Below, in pieces: positions 60,747-64,000 of a stretch of DNA of 64,000 nt. Made by a program: the position numbers and the translations under genes. Source of the stretch: Amoebophrya sp. A120 (taxonomy: Eukaryota > Protista > Dinoflagellata); contig CAJINV010000001.1 in assembly GCA_905178155.1 (NCBI GenBank), positions 9,507,865-9,571,864 of the forward strand, written 5' to 3'. Positions within the stretch are counted from its first letter, which is position 1. Each line of letters begins with the position of its first letter. The notes beneath the pieces were generated by a model. That model ran no database searches. It saw only the letters and a program-made list of their open reading frames with translations, and had not been told where the DNA came from.

Positions 60747-63700
60747 TCAAAACCCGTACATTTCATCAAGTCTACTTTTCGGTCTGTCCGCTTCAAAGTC
60801 CTCACTGTCCCACCGACTATCCGATCGCCCCGAAGGACCCCTTGCGGGGCGCTTGCGCATGCGGCGCGGCCGACGCCCCTTTCTGTCATTTGATGTAGCC
60901 GCGGAAAAACCAGGACGCCGATTTGTGCGGCCAATGCTGTTGGACATAGTGGAAACTTTTGTGTAGTCGACAACTGCACTAGAAGAAGGTAAGCCGTCGC
61001 TTCTCGTTGAAAGCCCACCTCGTCCATTCTGTCGCTTTGCCAGCGCCGATGGCAATCTAGAATTCTTACCCAGCGCAACAGGCGGCGTGCCGTAAGGATC
61101 CGGCCTGGCAGCTGTAGTAGGCTGGTGCCTTGATGTTGTTGCAGACGTCTTTTTGTTCAGCACACCGCCCACCGCACTTCGCGCTGCAACAGGCGCCGCG
61201 ACCCTGGGTGGCACTGTAGCAGAAGCAGAGTTGTTGTGCTTCTGAACAGTACCTGAATGGAACGGAGATGGTGGTGGCACCGCGGGTGCAACTCCAGCTG
61301 ACTTCCCTGCACCTGCGTCGGCAGGTCTTGTCACACTACTCCCTCCCGAAAGCTTGACCATACTCGTTTTCGGAACAAGGTTCGCTCCACTACTGTACAT
61401 CAAGTTGCTTTCATCGGCGCGGTTACCTAACTCAATTCCATGTTGAGCGGCGCCATTGCTCCCTTGTCTTGATGAAGATCCACCACCAGCGCCTCCGGCT
61501 ACCAACGAAGATCGCACTTGTGGGTTGTGTTGGTTCCGTACGAGTGTATGCGCAACTGTCAACGTGGTGAAGAAATTTTGCCAGTTTGCGCTGGAAAACA
61601 GGTGAAAATCCTCATCCGTGACGCAGGAGCGGAAATTTCGCCTTGGCACAACACTGGGGTAATTGGTGGTTGTAGACATGATGCCGACCCGCGCAGCCCC
61701 TTCTGTGCTGTTTCCAAGCGACCCAGCAGCAGCCTCAAGAACCTCCTGCTTTGCTACCTGCTGCAGCCAGGATCGCAGCTGCCTATCCTGTGCAAAAGTA
61801 TCGTACTCGTACTAATTGAAATCATGCATGACAAATCTTGTTTCTTAGCGAAATCAGCATTACAAATTCCATTTTTCTTTCTGGAAAAATTTGTATTGCG
61901 ATTTATACTAGTACGATATTTTTGCAATGCATACTGCCGATCGTAGAGCAACATCTCCGCGTTGGTCAGAACGCCCTGTGATGTTTCCGTGATGATCGGA
62001 AACCCGGTGGAGCAACCCGGATGCTGCAAAATTCCCGCTTTGACGAACTCCACCAGACTGGACCGGTAGGGTGCGGTCTCAAACCGCTTGGCCGACGACA
62101 CCAGGCGGCACAGAATCGCGGCTTTCTGCGGACCATCCAGAGCTGCCCACCCGGGGTAAATCGCTTCCAGGGTGCTGCTCAGCGGGTTCTGTTGCTGCTG
62201 CGCATTCATCAAGCGGCTGGGCTGCTCCGGATCTGTTGAAGGTTCTACTTGTTGAGAAGCAAACGTGGTAAAAGCGCCTGGCGATGAAGCAGCACTGCAG
62301 TTCTCAATCACACCCTCCTCCCCGTTGTCCACGCCTCGTGCCAAAATTTCCTCCCCCTCAGTGATGCTCTGCACCCAAGCAGCGATCGGCGCCTTCCACT
62401 TCTTTCGCAGATACTTGTTTCTGATCATGAAAACGTCCATAGCTTCAATCAAACACGGATTCGCAGGGTGGGAGGTCTGGCTCTCATCGGTTTGACGTCC
62501 CCCTCCAGAAGAAGGCACGATTTTGTTCGTCACGCGAATGTCAGAGACATTCGTCACGTCGTAGTAGCCCAGCCAACGCATGATTTCCGCGATGTAGAGT
62601 GCACTCTTTGTCGGTAACACGTGCCGCGCTAGCACGGCGTCACGAAACGTCGCAGTGAAGATTTCAAACGGACGCTCCACGTGCAGCGGAAATGTGTCTT
62701 CCGCGCCACTGTAGACGCGCTGACGCAACCAGGGCCGGATCTTTTCGGACAGCGAGGCTCCGGCACTGGGTGATGCTGAAATTCCATCGCAAATTTGTGT
62801 TTGCGGCGCCACCCGGTCACAGCCACTGCTTTTTTTCGATATGAAAGCACCAGTTTTTTCGGTTTGTACCAGGTCGCGAATTTTGTCGAAGCACAAATTC
62901 ACCATGCCCTCGACATCCAGCTTTTCTCGTTCCGCTCCTTTCTTTGGCGTTAAGTTGACGTGCCCACCCGGCGACGTTCCTGTAAAGACACTTTTCTCGA
63001 GCAGATTCCTCCACGTGTAAATTCCACAATTCTCCAAAAACGTGGCCATGGCGGTCGGTGTCAGCGGCACTTCGGTTTCCGCCCGGTGCGAACGCTGCAA
63101 GTATCCGAAGCGAACCAAAACCGTCCCAACCGCAGCTGCTCTCGCATCCAAGGTTGCGAGCGCTGGCTCCTGCAAGAACGGCTGAGTCCAGGATGAATCA
63201 TCGGATTTTACTGCACGACCCTGGTATAATTCCTGCCCACGACGATCTCTGCTAGTACGGGCGGAATCCTCCGTGCTAGCTGTGCCGGTAGAGCGACCAC
63301 AGCTTGCTGTAGTGGTAGACTCGTCCGATCTTGGCTGAGCGGCTACGTGGCCGACTACCCGGTTTTTGGTGTTCTTCGATGCGGGTGGAATAAACCCTTT
63401 GTTGTCCGCAGCGAGCGACGTAGCCGTGTCCCCGCCGATCGCCCCGGGCTGATCTCGTGTCTCTTCAACGACAGGACCGCTTTGCAAATCGTCGGCACAC
63501 TCGATGAGAAAATTGCGGTTCTCTGGTCGAGCGGCAGCGCGGTTGAACGTGAATAGTTCCGTGCAGCACTTGCGCAGGTCTTCCGAGCGCCGCGTGCCAA
63601 GCCGTGCGGAATCAACCAACACGTAGCAAAGCGAGTCTTTCGCTTGCAGCCTGTTGTACAGCGGGATAAAGTCCAGGTCCCCGGAAACGACGACAAACCC

Positions 63701-64000
63701 GTCCGGGACTGTGGATTGCTTGTCGTTTTCGTGTTTCTCCGAAATCTTGTTCCCGGCAACAAGCACATCTTGCTGATGTTGCTTTCTCTGCCCATGATAG
63801 CCAATCGCCGCCTCCAGAGTGTCCATTGCCAGTGCGAGGTCTCCGGGGTCACGCAGACCGCCGGTGATGTTCTGCGGCACTTGCACCCGAACAGGTACCG
63901 GAAACGGACCGCACTCGTTCACTTTCGCTTGCCAGTGCTTGTATTCGCCGCCCTGTCGATAGTACGTCGCGCACTGAACGCGAATGCCTTTGCCTTGGAG
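60747..64000 (-). CDS. NYN (LabA/DUF88, PIN-like) domain protein; 5' end lies beyond the window
   Basis: Motifs DLALAMDTLE, FVVVSGDLDFIPLYNRL and SEDLRKCCTELF. ORFs 61754-63922 and 60747-61679 are joined by removing the TIR element at 61784-61933. Confidence 0.8.
61784..61933. mobile_element. Introner-like non-canonical intron 5 (150 bp, 28-bp TIR, 5-bp direct repeat CTGCC)
   Basis: TATCCTGTGCAAAAGTATCGTACTCGTA versus TATGCATTGCAAAAATATCGTACTAGTA (23/28). CTGCC lies at 61779-61783 and 61934-61938, and TGCATGACAAA at 61825. Removal gives LLYDRQ-LRSWLQQVAK, in frame with the next ORF. Confidence 0.9.

Noticed and set aside
56-63556. Numerous long plus-strand ORFs (e.g. 9098-10312, 29167-30825, 58625-59509)
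   Set aside because: They are antisense shadows of GC-rich minus-strand exons and show no domain motifs.
1-64000. CRISPR arrays, tRNA/rRNA genes, or an intact transposase/reverse transcriptase
   Set aside because: None was recognisable by eye; the enzyme that mobilises the TIR elements does not appear to be encoded in this window.

Overview
This is eukaryotic, intron-containing DNA carrying ten genes or gene fragments, all on the minus strand. They encode a MORN-like protein, a ~2,900-aa myosin, a ~4,500-aa IQ-motif protein, a low-complexity protein, a bacterial-type 2OG-Fe(II) oxygenase, a ParB-like (DNRRL) protein, a C13/legumain-like peptidase, an OST-alpha/TMEM184-like transporter, a RING-H2 protein and a NYN-domain protein. 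Most introns are ordinary GT-AG. Five interruptions are not: they are 150-270 bp elements with terminal inverted repeats starting 5'-TAT (one end TGT), each flanked by an exact 5-bp direct repeat. Removing the element plus one repeat copy restores the reading frame in all five cases, and none can be placed on GT-AG boundaries. Four share an internal GCATGACAAA-like motif, and the fifth is a near-complete foldback. This architecture matches the invasive non-canonical introns (introners) described for the parasitic dinoflagellate Amoebophrya; the taxon is my inference. A ~1.1-kb intergenic relative and a possible piggyBac-like relic are also present. All exon models were derived by hand and have no transcript support.
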